63,797 nucleotides of DNA, filler included, from Octopus bimaculoides (GCF_001194135.2; 4 parts of 4 records of this genome joined end to end with filler, not necessarily neighbours in it), one strand, 5' to 3'; shown: positions 1 to 16,100, counted from the first letter of the whole stretch. Translations and numbers: made by a program. The notes: generated from the sequence alone by a model not told the origin.

Positions 1-20
1 TATATATATATATATATAAT

Positions 21-59
<39 letters not shown>

Positions 60-569
60 GCTTGTTTTCGGCAGGTAAAAGATTAACTTTAGTGGAATAG
101 TTATTATCTTGTTTATAGATGCTACAACAAGGGAATAGATTAAACCTGTTTAATATCAGTACTCCTATATAATCAGCCCAAATATTAGGTTAGCTTACGG
201 ATTTCCGAAATCCATTATCGAAACAGAACTGCAATTACTTTCTTGTAATTAACGAAGTTCAAATTACACTCCCTGAACGTTACTTATATAAAGTAAGCCT
301 ATCTATTGCATTTACCAGTATAATTCCTTGTAATTATCATACCTGTGAATGGGTAATATTTACCAATGTTATCGGGACACCACATTTCATCAGCTGAGAA
401 ACAAATGAAATCTGCATTGTCAAATATGTAAAGGGGAAGCCGGGTTTTTGCGTCTGTGGGATGGTGGCGTTGGCAATGATGGCAATGTGACGACGGCGAT
501 GCTGTAGAAGAGGGGAAAAGAGGAAGAGGTTGGAGGTGTGCGGGTAAAGGGGAGGACGACGTTGGGGTA

Positions 570-1287
570 GAAGAGATGAAGGAGGAGAGGAGGATGTCGA
601 TGACGACGAAGACATCGATGACGACGGTGACAACGAAGACAACCACCACCACCACCGCCACCTCAACCACAACGATGATAATGAGGGTGATGATGATGAG
701 GAGGAGGANNNNNNNNNNNNNNNNNNNNNNNNNNNNNNNNNNNNNNNNNNNNNNNNNNNNNNNNNNNNNNNNNNNNNNNNNNNNNNNNNNNNNNNNNNNN
801 NNNNNNNNNNNNNNGTAGTGATGATGAGGAGGAGGAGGAGGGGATGATAGTGATGATGATGAAGATGATGATGAGGATGATGATGATGAGGTGGAGGAGG
901 AGGTGGTGGTGGAGGTGGAGGATCGTGGTGGAGGATCGTGGTGGAGGTGGTGGTGGTGAAGAAGAAGAGGAAGAAGAAAAAGAAGGAGGAGGAGGAGGAA
1001 AAGGAGAACAAAAAGAAGAATTAAGAAGCAGAAGAAGAAAAATAAGAAGAAGAAGAAGAAGAAGAAAAAAAAAGAAGAAGAAGAAGAAGAAGAAGAAGAA
1101 GAAGAAGAAGAAGAAAAAGAAGAAGAAGAAGAAGAAGAAGAAGAAGAAGAAGAAGAAGAAGAAAAAGAAGAAGAAGAAGAAGAAGAAGAAGAAGAAAAAG
1201 AAGAAGAAGAAGAAGAAGAAGAAGAAGAAGAAGAAGAAGAACGAGAATATAATAATAATGATAATAGTAATACTAATAATGATGATG

Positions 1288-1329
<42 letters not shown>

Positions 1330-1330
1330 T
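570..1330. repeat. Compound trinucleotide microsatellite (GAT/GAG/GGT, long GAA run, then AAT)
   Basis: Directly visible; produces the spurious poly-K and poly-S ORFs. Confidence 0.95.
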
Positions 1331-1889
1331 AGTGTGTGTGTAAGCATATAATTAGGGACAGCTATAATGAAGAGAATCGGTACAATACAATGATATCATG
1401 CAACCAACACCAATACCCTATCCACCGAAGAGTATAAAGATTTAATGGGTTTTGCAGAGAATGGAGCTTGTGAAAGTACAAGGATTTTAACGACGTTCTG
1501 AGTTCCCAGTGTTTAAGATTTAGGACGTAATTGTAATTCATATTAAATTTCTACTTCTATTCTACGTAAACTTAATAAGAATTTGCATATTCACTTACAT
1601 TCACTATATTTAGCGCTTTCGTTTGACCCATTTAATACCAAACCGCTTGAAGCCGCTTCCGGTTCTATGATACAAACTTTCAGTTTTTTTTTTAAGTGAT
1701 CTTAAGAATACGCGTAGGAAAGAGAGTCGGTGAAGAGGTTACAGAGTGCGTGACGAAAGGTCTCAGAAAAAGGATACTAACATAAGAATAAGAATAAAGC
1801 TGAAGTGAAGAACAAGTAGAGAGTGCGTGTGTTTAATTGGCAAAAATATGTATTATGTATGTGTGTATGTGTGTGTGACTATGGTGAGT

Positions 1890-1925
<36 letters not shown>

Positions 1926-2029
1926 CTATGGTGAGTGTGTGTGTGTGTGTGTTATTTTCACACCGTAAAACAAGGATACGGTAAATGAAGGTCGATAAAT
2001 TGTCGATGATAATGATAATGATGAAAATA

Positions 2030-2065
<36 letters not shown>

Positions 2066-2694
2066 GTGACGACGACGACGACGATGATGACGACGATGAC
2101 GACGGCGATGATGAAGGGCAGAAGGGGAAAGAGAAGGACGATAGGCGGTACAGTAAATCAAAAGTTGGCATGTGCCTAATTTTGAAGTTGAAATAGATTC
2201 AGTGACAAACTAATAACCACTTACATAGATATTCAGGTGGGAGGGTGGGAGTGGGGAAGAGAGAAGTACATGGAAAGACAGAGGGAAAATAGAGAGAGAG
2301 AGGGAGGGTGGGCAGAGGGATAGAAAGAAGAAATAAAAGGGAAATGAGAGCAAGAGAGAACAGAGCGATAGAGAGGATGGAGGAATTAGGAGAGAATGGG
2401 AGCAAAATATACAGAGAGAGTTAGAGAGAGAGAAAGGGAGACAGAAAGAAAGAAAGAAAGAGAGAGAGAAAGAAATAAAGAAAAAAGAAAGAGAGAGAGA
2501 AAGAAAGGAAGAAAGAGACAGACGGTAGACATACGTACACATTCAAAATGGCACCTTGCCCAGAAGTGAATGTACCGGTTGTTCCGCAGTCATAATTTTT
2601 CTTGTAGAAACGATTTCAGCCAATATGATATGCAATATATTAGCTTCAATTTCTACAGAGTAAAAAAAAATATAAAAAATAAAAAAATAAATAG

Positions 2695-2745
<51 letters not shown>

Positions 2746-2817
2746 TGCGTCGAGAAATTTGTCCCGGTTCTTTACGTTCTGGGTTCAAATCCTGCTGAAG
2801 TCAGAATTTCCTTTCAT

Positions 2818-2990
2818 CTCTTTTACTCTTTTACTTATTTCAGCCATTTGGCTGTGGCCATGCTGTAGCACCGCCTTTAGTCGAAACAAACCGACCCCAG
2901 CACTTATTTTTTGTAAGCCTCGTACTTATTCTCTCGGTGTCTTTTGCCGAACCGCTAGTTACGGGGACGTAAACACACCAGCATCATCAT
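2818..2990 (-). mobile_element. SINE family B, 3' part only
   Basis: cttttactcttttacttatttcagccatttggctgtggccatgctgtagcaccgcctttagtcg...ggggacgtaaacacaccagcatc, ending at a (CAT)n/(TTA)n tract. Confidence 0.8.
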
Positions 2991-3022
2991 CATCATCATC
3001 ATCTTCATTATTATTATTATTA

Positions 3023-3090
<68 letters not shown>

Positions 3091-3327
3091 TAGTTTTATT
3101 CTTATAACGTGCTTTCACTTCACTACCGAGCGCAGCTCTGTGTGCCTTGGGTATGTGCTGTGGTTTGCTGTGATGCTTTTATGGTTACTGTATTGAAAGT
3201 GTTTTGCGTAGGATGTGTGCAGTGCCCAGTAGTGCAAATTTTCTGTATGTTATATATATTTGTAAGTCTTGATGTTTTTGTTATGGATTTGTCTTACTAT
3301 AATTATTATCATCATCATCATCATCGA

Positions 3328-3544
3328 GACGGCGAACTGGCAGATTCGTTACCGCATCAGACAAAAGGTTTAAAACGTCATTTCGCCAGTCTGTACGTTC
3401 TGAATCCAAATTCCGCCAAGGTCGACTTAGCCTTCCATCCTTTCGGAGACGATGAAATAAGGACCACATCGAGCAATCGATATAATCAACTAGTCCTCTC
3501 CCACCAAAATTTCAGGCCTTGTGCCTACATTAGAAAAGATCATT
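3328..3544 (+). mobile_element. tRNA-derived SINE family A (tail type 1)
   Basis: GGCGAACTGGCAGATTCGTTA head, GTTCTGAATCCAAATTCC B-box-like, CCTTCCATCCTTTCGG core, CCAAAATTTCAGGCCTTGTGCC tail. Confidence 0.8.
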
Positions 3545-3944
3545 GTTTTATGTATTCATTTATTTATTAAATCTGAGAAGCTTTTTAATCTTCAGATTCT
3601 CAACTAGACTTTTAATTTTTTACTTCTACGTATATAAAGTATATAACAGAGAAACACAGCGGAGTATATTTACACACTATCTTTTAAGTATCAACATCGA
3701 CTTTTACCTCGAATAAAACAGTGTGTTTTCAACATCTCAGAGTTGTACAATAACTTTTACTTTTCTCCTTGATCAAACACGCTGATTTCTGGTTCGTGTC
3801 AACATGATATACCACTTCGATGTTGAGATATAAAGTACAAGCTCACATCTCTAATTAAAGACATTACATCTATGCTCTACTTTCACCAAATTATTTCGCA
3901 GATAGTCATCGGAAATGGAGTGTGACTCAACAAGTGCTGGATGT

Positions 3945-4090
3945 ACATACATACATACATACATACACACATACACACATACATACATACATACATACAT
4001 ACATACACACATACATATACACATATATACCTGTACATACATATATACATATATATATATATGTATATATACATATATTCATACATACAT

Positions 4091-4160
<70 letters not shown>

Positions 4161-4471
4161 GCACACCTCTATATGCTTATATATGTATGTATATTTATAT
4201 ACATGTAAATATATGTATGTATACATTCATATATATGTATATATATGTATATATGTATATATGTATATATGTATATATGCATATATATGTATATATACAT
4301 ATGTGTGTATATATACACATACATATATGAGTGTATTCATACATATATATATTTGTACGCACGCCTGTATATGCATATATATATATATATGTATATTATA
4401 TACATGTAAATATGTGTATGTATATAGGCGTTTGTGTGTATGTATGTATATATGTTGGTATGTATATATAC

Positions 4472-4539
<68 letters not shown>

Positions 4540-4625
4540 TTATACATACATATATATACATACACACATATATATATATACACACGCATGTGTATGTGTG
4601 TGTGTGTGTGCGCGCGCGCTTGTAT
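3945..4625. repeat. Compound (TACA)n/(TA)n/(TG)n microsatellite
   Basis: Directly visible; many similar tracts occur throughout the window. Confidence 0.95.
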
Positions 4626-4970
4626 AAATATAAGTACATCTTAAAACACCTTTTCTATGTGTGAAATGAGGTGTGAGCGTGTTAGGAAGAACCAAGTATT
4701 TGAAAGTTTGGGATTGTTCGACCAAAGGATGAGAAAACTCGTAAGACGAGTCACGTCTGTCAATGGCGGAAGTGATGCGAAAGACGAACATGGCGAAAAT
4801 GTTGTAGCGTTCTCTGGCTTTCTTGCTTGTATTTGCTAATTTAACTCTATATTGGAATACATCGATGAAGATTGAAACTGGCGCTGTCTGAATCTGGCGT
4901 TCTTTGTTACTCTACATTTCTTTCTATATCGCTTTGTATTTTTCGTTTTCCGGCTTTTCTGTATCATCAT

Positions 4971-5031
<61 letters not shown>

Positions 5032-5898
5032 ATNNNNNNNNNNTCTGTCTGTCTGTCTGTATGTATGTCTTTCTATCTATGAATCTGCCTATCAGTCTAT
5101 CTTTCTATTTACATCCATACTAAGATTCTCTGTGCGTTGATAGATCTCTACTAATAATTCGTTTCTATCCACCTTGGTTTCAATGTCCGTGTACCCAGTT
5201 GCTTCTACGTCTCTTATAAAACCCCCACACGTACACACACACACACACACGCACAAACACAGGTACAAAAACACGTATCCGTACACAAACATACACATAT
5301 ACACACATGTACACATTATAATGATCCATCCATCCATCTATCAATCTATAGATGCATCCATCCATCTATCAATCTATAGATGCATCCATCCATCCATCTC
5401 TCCGTCTAGACATTCATCCGTCATTCCCTCCAGCCATTCATGCATCCATGCATAAACGCTGCCATTCCGATGGAGACGACCTTCCTTCTGTTTACCAATC
5501 TCATCAACCGTTTAAATACCTACCGCATTGTGCGGTTATATACGTATGTGTGTAACTATAGTCGTACGTTTTTATCTTCTCTGTCTAGATATGAGCGTAA
5601 ATTTATGTGTGTATATGCTTCTAATTTGTATCTATGCTTATAGAGTTAAAGAGTTAGAGTCTATTCTATGTTTTGTTTTTGTTGTTTCAGTCATTAGACT
5701 GCGGCCATGAAGGAGCAACATGTTAAAGAATTTTTAGTCGAATGAATCGATTTTTTTTAATCCTCGTACTTTTTCTATTGGTCTCTGATGCCGAACTGTT
5801 AAGTTACAGAAACATAAACACACTAACACCGATTGTGAAACGGTGGTGGGACCTATACACACTCACACAGACATACACAGTTATATATATATATATAT

Positions 5899-5998
5899 NN
5901 NNNNNNNNNNNNNNNNNNNNNNNNNNNNNNNNNNNNNNNNNNTTAATTAATTAANNNNNNNNNNNNNNNNNNNNNNNNNNNNNNNNNNNNNNNNNNNN
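5899..5998. other. Artificial 100-nt scaffold-join spacer N44-TTAATTAATTAA-N44
   Basis: Identical structure at three places in the window; TTAATTAATTAA gives stops in all six frames. Confidence 0.93.
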
Positions 5999-6670
5999 TA
6001 CTTATATTTCTCTTTTTTTTCTTTCTTCATATATATATTTTTCATTATAGTTTATTTAAATTTTTAACGTCAATGTTCTCCACCATTTTCGAGTTGTTGA
6101 TATTTCTTGTTGTTTTTAGCGGAGGAAGACAATGAGAAAATTACTGAAATTTAATGGACGAGAAACAAAAACGCATCAAATGAAAGCAGCACTTCAACAC
6201 AAAGATGGTATAATTCTTTATTCGGTTCTTAAAAGAAGAAGAATGTGTTTATTGATCACATAAGAAAATTATAAATCGGAAAGGAAAAAAAAAAAAAAAA
6301 AATAGAAGAAATAATTGTCTTAAAAAAAAGAAAAGAAAAAGAATCAAATTATATAAGAAATCAAACTATGATAAAATTCAATGAATATTCAAGCTTTTGT
6401 ATTTTGTTAATGCCATAATCGATGAAATCAAATTGAAAATAATGTTTCAGCAGTTAGAAGCAAAAATCAGTGTTATTGAGAGCAGTGTTGAGCTAGAAGG
6501 AAATACATTCTTCTGTTATAAATGGTAACGTGTATATTTACTTTGATTTCCAATGTGGAAATTACTGAAAGAATCATTAGTTTGATGAATTGTTGGTTAA
6601 TATGTAATCAAAACATAGACCCACACACACACAAAAATATGCCTGACCGACTTCATACACTCACACACAC

Positions 6671-6701
<31 letters not shown>

Positions 6702-6769
6702 CATATATATATACTCACATATGTATATGTGTATGAGTGTGAATATGTGTATATGTATATTACTATATG

Positions 6770-6822
<53 letters not shown>

Positions 6823-7314
6823 ATGTGTGTGTCTGCTTCTTGTACGTTGGGATGGTCATCTTGTCAATAAAATACATTCCTTGGTTGTATTTTTATCATT
6901 ATCGATCTTCTAGTCAACTAAGTACCTAATTAACCAGTGAATTCCTTGATCACTCGTTTGATCATTCATAGTCTTGATCAGAATAGTTACGTCGCATTTT
7001 CCGAATAAATTGTTAATGTAGTTTATATGCTCCACTTCAAACATAAAATATAAAATTTTGTAACAGATGTCAAGCAGAAGATGGTACTCCCCTGATAACT
7101 TGGCAGACTGTGTCAAATGGCCTATGGCTGATCAAACAATTAATCCACGAATTAATTAAGTAATTAGTTATGTAATTAGTTAACAGATAATAAATTTGAA
7201 AGGAGAAAGTACATATAATTTCCTTGGCAAAATAACTCTCCCCAGGTATTATAACACGATTTCATATCAATATATACATGTATATGCATACGTACAGACA
7301 TATTTTTTATATAC

Positions 7315-7400
<86 letters not shown>

Positions 7401-8563
7401 GCACATATATGTATGTGTATGTGTGTGTGTGTGTGTGTGTGTATGCAGCAAAGTATTTGTGTCTGGTAAACCTCTTTTGTTTTCCTATGGTATGGTTTCT
7501 TTTTATCTATTTGTAATATATTTTAAAGCAAAATCGCTAGTGTTTCCGACTAATTACAGTTATGTGAGTCTTATTTATCCACCTAGCCTAAAATCGCTTT
7601 TGATATATTTCTTAGTGAATTTCAAAACAAATGACGTGACAATGCGTGAATCTTGATAATCATTCACCTTATAATTAGGCTTCGTAATTAACTGTGTTTG
7701 TACAATACGAAAGTTTCAGGTACTTTCATTTTTTTTTTCCTTTATCTTCTTTTATTTTCCTTTTTCAAGGATGATTATCGTTTTGAATGAGTGGATGTCA
7801 AACGAATAAACTAGTTTTATAATTATAGGACTGTTTAGTGTAGTGGTAAATATACAACCATCTGACATATCTAAAAGAAGAAAAAAGGAATAAATGGAGC
7901 TTCCCAGCTCGTAGTAAGACCATCGTAAACTGTAATAAGAACGGTACATCAACATTACAATACATAACATACTAGAAGAGACAATAGTTTAGATTCATAC
8001 CGCACAATAACATTACCAACATGATTTACAGTTCTGTTTTATGTATATCGTATTGAAACCCATAAACAGAATGCAAGTTTCAAGAAATACAAGCTTTATA
8101 AAATATCAGCAAGTGTGTGATGTAACACAAACGAAAGTGGCTTAATGCAAATAACGATTAAGTAGTAACCTTGAAATACTTAAGATATAATTTGAAAAAT
8201 GAAAGTGAAAGTAACACACGTGACTAACATAACAACGACTAACGTAACAGAGGCACACGCTATATGATATACAAAGTAAGTCAATCATGAAAACTATTCA
8301 TAAAAGATGACGTCACATTGTGTTTTGTTAATACAAACAATATAAATAAGTCTCTTTCAATGTGTCCAACGAGAAATTAAAATTTTACGTAAATAAAATT
8401 ATTCATTGGGAGCCATTTAAGAACTAAGCTATAGGAGTACAAATTCAGGCAAAGGTGTGCGTGCAGATATATGGAGAGAGAATGTGTGTGCGTACATGTG
8501 TGTTAGTGTTTGTGTGTATGCGTGTATCCCTTATGTCATTTGTCTAGTTCCTCAGCATATTAT

Positions 8564-8612
<49 letters not shown>

Positions 8613-8850
8613 NNNNNNNNNNNNNNNNNNNNNNNNNNNNNNNNNNNNNNNNNNNNNNNNNNNNNNNNNNNNNNNNNNNNNNNNNNNNNNNNNNNNNNNN
8701 NNNNNNNNNNNNNNNNNNNNNNNNNNNNNNNNNNNNNNNNNNNNNNNNNNNNNNNNNNNNNNNNNNNNNNNNNNNNNNNNNNNNNNNNNNNNNNNNNNNN
8801 NNNNNNNNNNNNNNNNNNNNNNNNNNNNNNNNNNNNNNNNNNNNNNNNNN

Positions 8851-8881
<31 letters not shown>

Positions 8882-9390
8882 CATACACAAGGATATAGGT
8901 TTCTCTACACATATACATACAAATGTATTGTAAAATGGATAACATTTTGGATGTGTTAGAATAAGATTAAACCGATCTAATATACTGAAATGACACTGGT
9001 TGTGAATCATTCGGGAATGAAGCGCAGAAACTTCACTACACGTTAAAAAAATTGTGTATGCTTGTAGATATGTATATGTGTATGTATGTGTGTATTCGCA
9101 TATATTATATATATACATATATATAAACATATATATATATTTCACATACGTGTACATTCCCCGGATGCAGCTATAGAGTTACTTGAGCTTCACGAATATT
9201 TGATCATTGAAAAGGATAAATTTGTCTACTGAACAACACACATTCTGATTAGTGGAACATTGAGAAGACTTAAGACACGGGTAGGAGGCTTAAACTAAAT
9301 AATTATTATCATATTCTACATGATGTATTGAGATGTTGTTGCCTTATCCATGATAAACTACCAGTATGTGCGTTTGTGTGTGTTTGTGTG

Positions 9391-9423
<33 letters not shown>

Positions 9424-10774
9424 GTGCGTGTCTGAGTGTGTGCGTGTGTGTGTTTGTATATATATATATATAACACGCACACCCACGCACGGACACTCAT
9501 ACACGCACAGACACACAGATATATATGAATACATAGTGGCATTCTTACATTTTTCCTGAAACTTTACATCGCAACGGAGCTTTACGAAATAATTTTAGGC
9601 AACATGTAAATTTAAACAGTCAAGATCAAGCCGTCTAACATATTCTAATAAATCCAACGTCCTACATATTTTTAAATAAATAACGGAAATATTCATTTAC
9701 TACTAAGTACATCATGTACTTCTACATAACATGCCATTTTTCTTGAAGGAGTTTTAGCGAATTCGCTCATCTTGGTTGTAACAATTATATGTCTGTGTGT
9801 ATTTACATGTATCTGTGTGTGTAAGGGAAGACAAAATGTTTTCCTGAGAGTTGATTTTTATCATTACGTGGCCCGTAAAAGAAAATTTTTCGATCAGTCC
9901 TTCGTACCACTTGTGATCGTTTTCTCCTTTCGGAAATATGAACGATTACCGTTCATTTCAGTTTCACTTTTCAAAGAGAGAAACTTGTATTTTGGGAGTA
10001 AACATTAACGACGTTGTAGTGGTTCATTTCGTTAACTCCATCAAATATAATATTTACTTTAAACACTTTACTTAAAAATGACACGTACAGCAATAGTATA
10101 TTGCTATGCCGTTAATGACAGACATTATATTACATTCCGGTTGAGACCAAAACATGAGGGTTACTATATTCTTTGTGCGATTTCAAGCACTTAAATCATC
10201 AATACGATAAAGCATATTGATAGAAGATCGAAGTTTCGAGATAAAATGCCCATTAATGTATCTGAAATATATTGTCATCGATCACCTGTTCTTGTAGAAT
10301 TGAAGACAAATATTCATTATGGAACATAGTTAACTAAAAACGCACGGTTAAATTCAGCCAAAGTACGTACACACATTTATGCATCTTAAGCAATTTCTAT
10401 GTATATATATATATATATATATAAGTATATATATCAAACGCAACTGTGATATTTATAAATACTTATATATGTACATAATATATAGATCCATATAATTGCG
10501 TTTATACGCATGTTTATGAATGCATATACACTTATGTATGCAGATTGCTACATTTTTGTGTGTACGTATACATGTCAACATGTATGTATGTATGTATGTA
10601 TGTATGTAATCATCAAGAAAATAATTGAGTTCTTTTTCATGCACTGGGTCTTCTAATTTACCTTGAAATCATCTTCAGACAGTGGGGAAAACTAATTGTC
10701 ACGTGAATCGTCCGAAATTGTATCGACGCGTAGTACAGTATGCAACGTAAAAGGTTACATGCATGTGTGTGTGC

Positions 10775-10846
<72 letters not shown>

Positions 10847-11615
10847 ATATATATATTGTTGCTTTTATGCAAAATTGTCGTAAGTCTCAAAAATGGATTT
10901 TTCAGGAAACGGAAAAATAGTATCACCATTCCATTTCTTTTTACATTAGCAACAGTTTCTGCTTACCAATAATAATTTGTTGAGTACATAAAATCGTAAT
11001 TCCTTGCATGTATGATATTTGTGTCGTATGTGGGACTTACTACACTTTTGAAACATGCTAAACCATCGTACTACACTTTGACACTTTTCATATCTTGGCA
11101 ACTGAAGCAGCTGGAGATACGATAGTTCGACCAAAAGAACCAGTTATTTCAAGTAAAATCAAATATTGAAATACAAATCATTTGGACATACGACAGATTA
11201 AAATAATAGCAACGGTATATATATANNNNNNNNNNNNNNNNNNNNNNNNNNNNNNNNNNNNNNNNNNNNNNNNNNNNNNNNNNNNNNNNNNNNNNNNNNN
11301 NNNNNNNNNNNNNNNNNNNNNNNNNNNNNNNNNNNNNNNNNNNNNNNNNNNNNNNNNNNNNNNNNNNCATATATATATGTATATATACATATTTACATAA
11401 ATATATATACATATATACATACATATATATACATACGTACATATATATGTATATACGTATGCATATATTGGTACAGGGTGTCATAAAATACAAGCAACAT
11501 GAAATACGAAAACATGGAATACGAACTTTTTTGCGAATAACGAAAAAAACAAATGGAAAACAAGACAAGTAACATAAAGAACGACCTTTCATCAGTTGTC
11601 GGCTGTTTTTTCTCT

Positions 11616-11655
<40 letters not shown>

Positions 11656-11760
11656 CTATATATATAGACTAAAGTATATGTGTATATATGTGTGTGTATA
11701 TGTATTTCTATACAGGTATGCACTCATTTGCAATGTATGAAATATAGACATGTTTTTGTG

Positions 11761-11853
<93 letters not shown>

Positions 11854-13106
11854 AAACATATATATACATAGATATACACACACGCGCATTCATATATATA
11901 TATATATATATATATGAAGAGAGAGAGAGATAAATAGATAGTTGTGCGTGTGTTTGTTCGTGTGTATGTGTGTTTGTGCGTGTGTATGGGTGTGTGGATG
12001 TGTGTGCGTTTTTGTGTGTGTACGTATAAAATTTTTATAATTAAACAAGCAATTTTGCAAATATTTTGTGTCAGGCTGAAAACTGAAGCAACTTTTATGC
12101 TTAGAGGTTTTACAGCATCGACAAGGAATACCTGTATGTTTTAAATGTTCTTTGAACTAGGTTGCGTCTACTCGAACATTTTAAACTTCATACTAATGGA
12201 TTGAGACAGTGATTTAAACATAAAATATAAGGAAGCCAATTGGGCAAGCTAAGTACATCACCAGATACTATTCAATTTGTTGTCGTTCATTTATTTCAGA
12301 TCTATTGCCATTCATGTTGAAGGCGTCTGGCATTTAGATCGAGGCAGAGTAATCCCGCAATTGTTGTAAACTTAGAGTATACTGAACATGTTGAATATCT
12401 AAATATGAATTTAAAGACAGAACAATAGTTAATTTTTCAAAGTTTTCTAGTGTTGGTATAAGTGGTAAGAAAATAGGGTATACAGTATTGAATCGATTTC
12501 ACTATATGTGTGATACTTAGTTCATGGAGGCTGGAACATATACCATCAGCTTTAATAATTCTACTAATTCAACCAATCAACATATGTTAACTGGATTCAT
12601 TATGAAACTCAAAAAGATTAAAGGCAATGTTAAACCTGATAAGTTCGAAGTGAATGTCATAAAACGCCTAACATGGTAGTTTATGCTGTGCAGGAGAAAT
12701 AAGTCTGGAGGACGAACATTTTCCCATCGAAGAAGCACACTTTAGTATATCCGGCTTCTATATATCAAGGGCCGTTGACATCTAGTTTTTGCACTATTAT
12801 AGCTAATATTCTGTGAGGTGCCACTAGCTGCAGACATGACACATTTTTAGCTGAATGGACTGGAGGAGCACGAAATGATGTCCATGAACACAAACAGGAA
12901 TAGAAATCGTTTCTTCGATATCAGAATGATAAAAATTATTACCGCTTATTGGCGCTGCTAAGCTTGTAGATAGAGATTTGTACATTAAACTGAAGTTTAC
13001 GAGCTCTATGGGATACTAACTGTTTGCTATAGCAGCACAAGGACAGAGGTTTAAAGAAAGGGATTAGTCGACAAGATCAATATTACTTATTTATGACGGA
13101 TAGTTT

Positions 13107-13161
<55 letters not shown>

Positions 13162-16100
13162 TGTATGTGTGTATGTCTAACATCATGTTCTTGGTCATTC
13201 GCCACCATTTTAGCCATGTGTATTTTACAATAATAGACATTTGAATGACTTGACCCTAGTAAGTATTCTGTATATTTTAAGAAGTATGCAAATGTAAATT
13301 TTTAAAGAGTATGCATTTAATTTCAAATGCAGCGTGATGAATATTAATATTTTAGCTATTTACGCTGATGCCCGAAATTTAAGGTCAGTGTACAGCCTTC
13401 AGCAAAGCAATACATTAATCTTAAACTTGTAGAGAATGTCCCACATTACTACGAAAGTTTCGTAATCGATTACATCGATTGCACTGTATAACTATGTTCT
13501 TTATCCACCACTCATATACAACATTTCCCTTGACTTGGTGGCAATTCTTTGCAATTAAATGAATCCGAATGATAAATTCCCAAGTGTTAGTTATTCAATA
13601 TTCTTTACATTTATTTCCTTTAATTCCTTATCACAAGATGCTTTTATGTGAAAACATCTTTGAATTTTTATGTGTTAGCACAATAATACTGGATAGATTT
13701 ATGTTCATGCCACATATCTGTCCTTTTTTACTCTGGCCAAGCACTTCCACAACATATTTTCAGATACATTTTGCCTGGGCTAATTTATTGTTTTCATTTA
13801 TCAGATGTGCTCTACAATCGCTCTTTCTATGTTGCAGATTGTACAGCGTGCAGATACAGCGGATTTGTGCTTTTATGTACTTTAATACACTCCATTCTAA
13901 AATCTTTTTCTTCTGATTCAGATGCTAATTGATATTTATCAATATCCATAAGCTTATATCTTTACCTACTATTAATAAAAAATTCAAATGTCTTCTTTTC
14001 AGTTGACCAGTGCACACTGGAATCTCTCAGAGAACGACAGAACGAATTTATTCCATGATTTATCAAAAAACACTTTATTCCTACCCGCATGGCATTCACT
14101 CTTTGTTAACATTGATCTATAGATTTTTATAAATAAATCGATAAGATACCAACATTTTGGATGATGATGTTTGGAATGGGTGGCTATTTTGATTTGCATC
14201 AATCGATTTTCATTTTATTTTTTTATCGTCTATTTTTTTTTTTTTTTTTAATTTTATCTACATGACACTTTGAAGCATTACTGCCCCACTTTCGATTTTC
14301 AATGTAAAATTCTTCACATACGTATCGACTCCTTTTCAGAATGGAATGGGATGAAAGAGTTCCCATTTAAATTGGATTGATTGGAAATCGAATGTACCAT
14401 GCAACTATGAAAAATATAAGCTTCTATTTCTTTTCCTCTTTTGAGTTCAAATACTGCCGAGAATTATTTTTCATTCGTACTTCTGAGGAGTGATAAAATA
14501 AATACCAGTCAATTACTATGGTAGATTCACTCGGATATATCCGTCCACCCACTTCTACCTGGATTGGTAGATTCGTGTGAACAGCAGAAAAAATGTCTTG
14601 CGATATTTTTTCTGAGTTCAAACTCCACTGAGATTAACTTAGACTTTCAACATTACCTGATCAATAAAATAAAATAAAGAAACAATCGAATACTTGGGTT
14701 AATGTTATCCACCGACTAACTTCTGTCACCAGTAAAAACAAACTGACTTTTGGTTAAAATTGGAACAAATGGCGGAGATCTGGCAGAATCCGTTAAATTG
14801 TTGTAATAAAAATGTCTCCTGGTATTTTTAACACAACTTTACATTTTCAGTTCAAATCGCGCCGAGGCCAACTTTGCTACTAAGTACCAGTCAAGTACTG
14901 ATGTCGATGGTGTCGACTAACTTCCTCCCCTCAAAATTACAGGCTTTAACTAAATAAGAAATAATTATTTGTAACTGTAGTGGTGAGAAATTTATGAATC
15001 TTGCGTCGTTCCAAAGGCAAATGCCACCTGTTTGGAGACTGTTTCCAGCAACTATGCGGTATATGTGAAATTATACGGAATAGACCATCACTGATAAATC
15101 TAAGGAATTGAATCAAGAGCTGGATATTGGCAGAGTTGTTAGGCCATCAGAGTGGATACATGAAGAGAGTTGATCCGAAATTTTCTTGCTGTGATATCTC
15201 CTTGGACAACATCAGTATCGTACAGAAAAGAAATTTACACGTATGAAAAATCGATTGTTTCGACAATATGAAATTTGCCCAGGCCTCTTCATACAAATAC
15301 AAATACATGGTTAACCGAGGGCGACCTCACACACACTGAAACACATGCATACACACTCACAAATACAAAACACGCATAAACGAACGTAGACAAACGCACA
15401 TCGTAAATGTGCCATTGTAACCATTCATAGATCGTCATAACAATTTTTGTTCGTTATATTGAATATTTCGTTTATACATTCCATTTTATTCATATACTGT
15501 TTCATTATGTTTAAAAACTTCGGTTCCATTTTACAATTCGTCCAATAGTTAATTTTTTTTTAAGAGTGAGTAAATTGTGGAAGATATATCTTTATTGCTG
15601 CTATTATTCATGTTTGGTAGAATGATGGAGGATTGACAAAATCGGTTAAGTGCCGGATAAAATATAGTAAAAGGATGGTGGACAGTAGAATCGAGAGAGC
15701 AGTAGATTGTAGTACTTGTTCTACTTATTTACATACTTTGAAGTACTGATTTCAAATGCTATCGATATCAATTTTGCTTTCATCATTTTAGAATCTATAA
15801 AGCAATATATCAAATGATTGTGTTGATTAATTTAATGAAACCTTTTGCCAAAGTTACAAATAGTGGTATTATTGAATAGCACCGTAATATAGGTGGCTAG
15901 TTCACGAGGCCAATGAAGCAAATCATCACTTGAATCAAATTCATATACGTTTGTAGGCTGTTGTTATAAGAAAGTAATGAAGCTGTTAGTCAGGCTCTAT
16001 TATGACGACCGGAATGATCAAAATGTCAAGATAAATGATTTTTTTAATTAATTTCTGTTTGTTACACAAACTACAACTTGTTTCATTCGTTACATTTCAT

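Noticed and set aside
844-1332. 162-aa poly-Lys/Arg ORF and overlapping poly-Ser/His ORFs
   Set aside because: Translations of GAA, GAT and AAT microsatellites with no domain or splice support.
3851-4791. Many long YIYI/HTHT/VCVC ORFs here and throughout the window
   Set aside because: Dinucleotide and tetranucleotide repeats and N runs lack stop codons; not coding.
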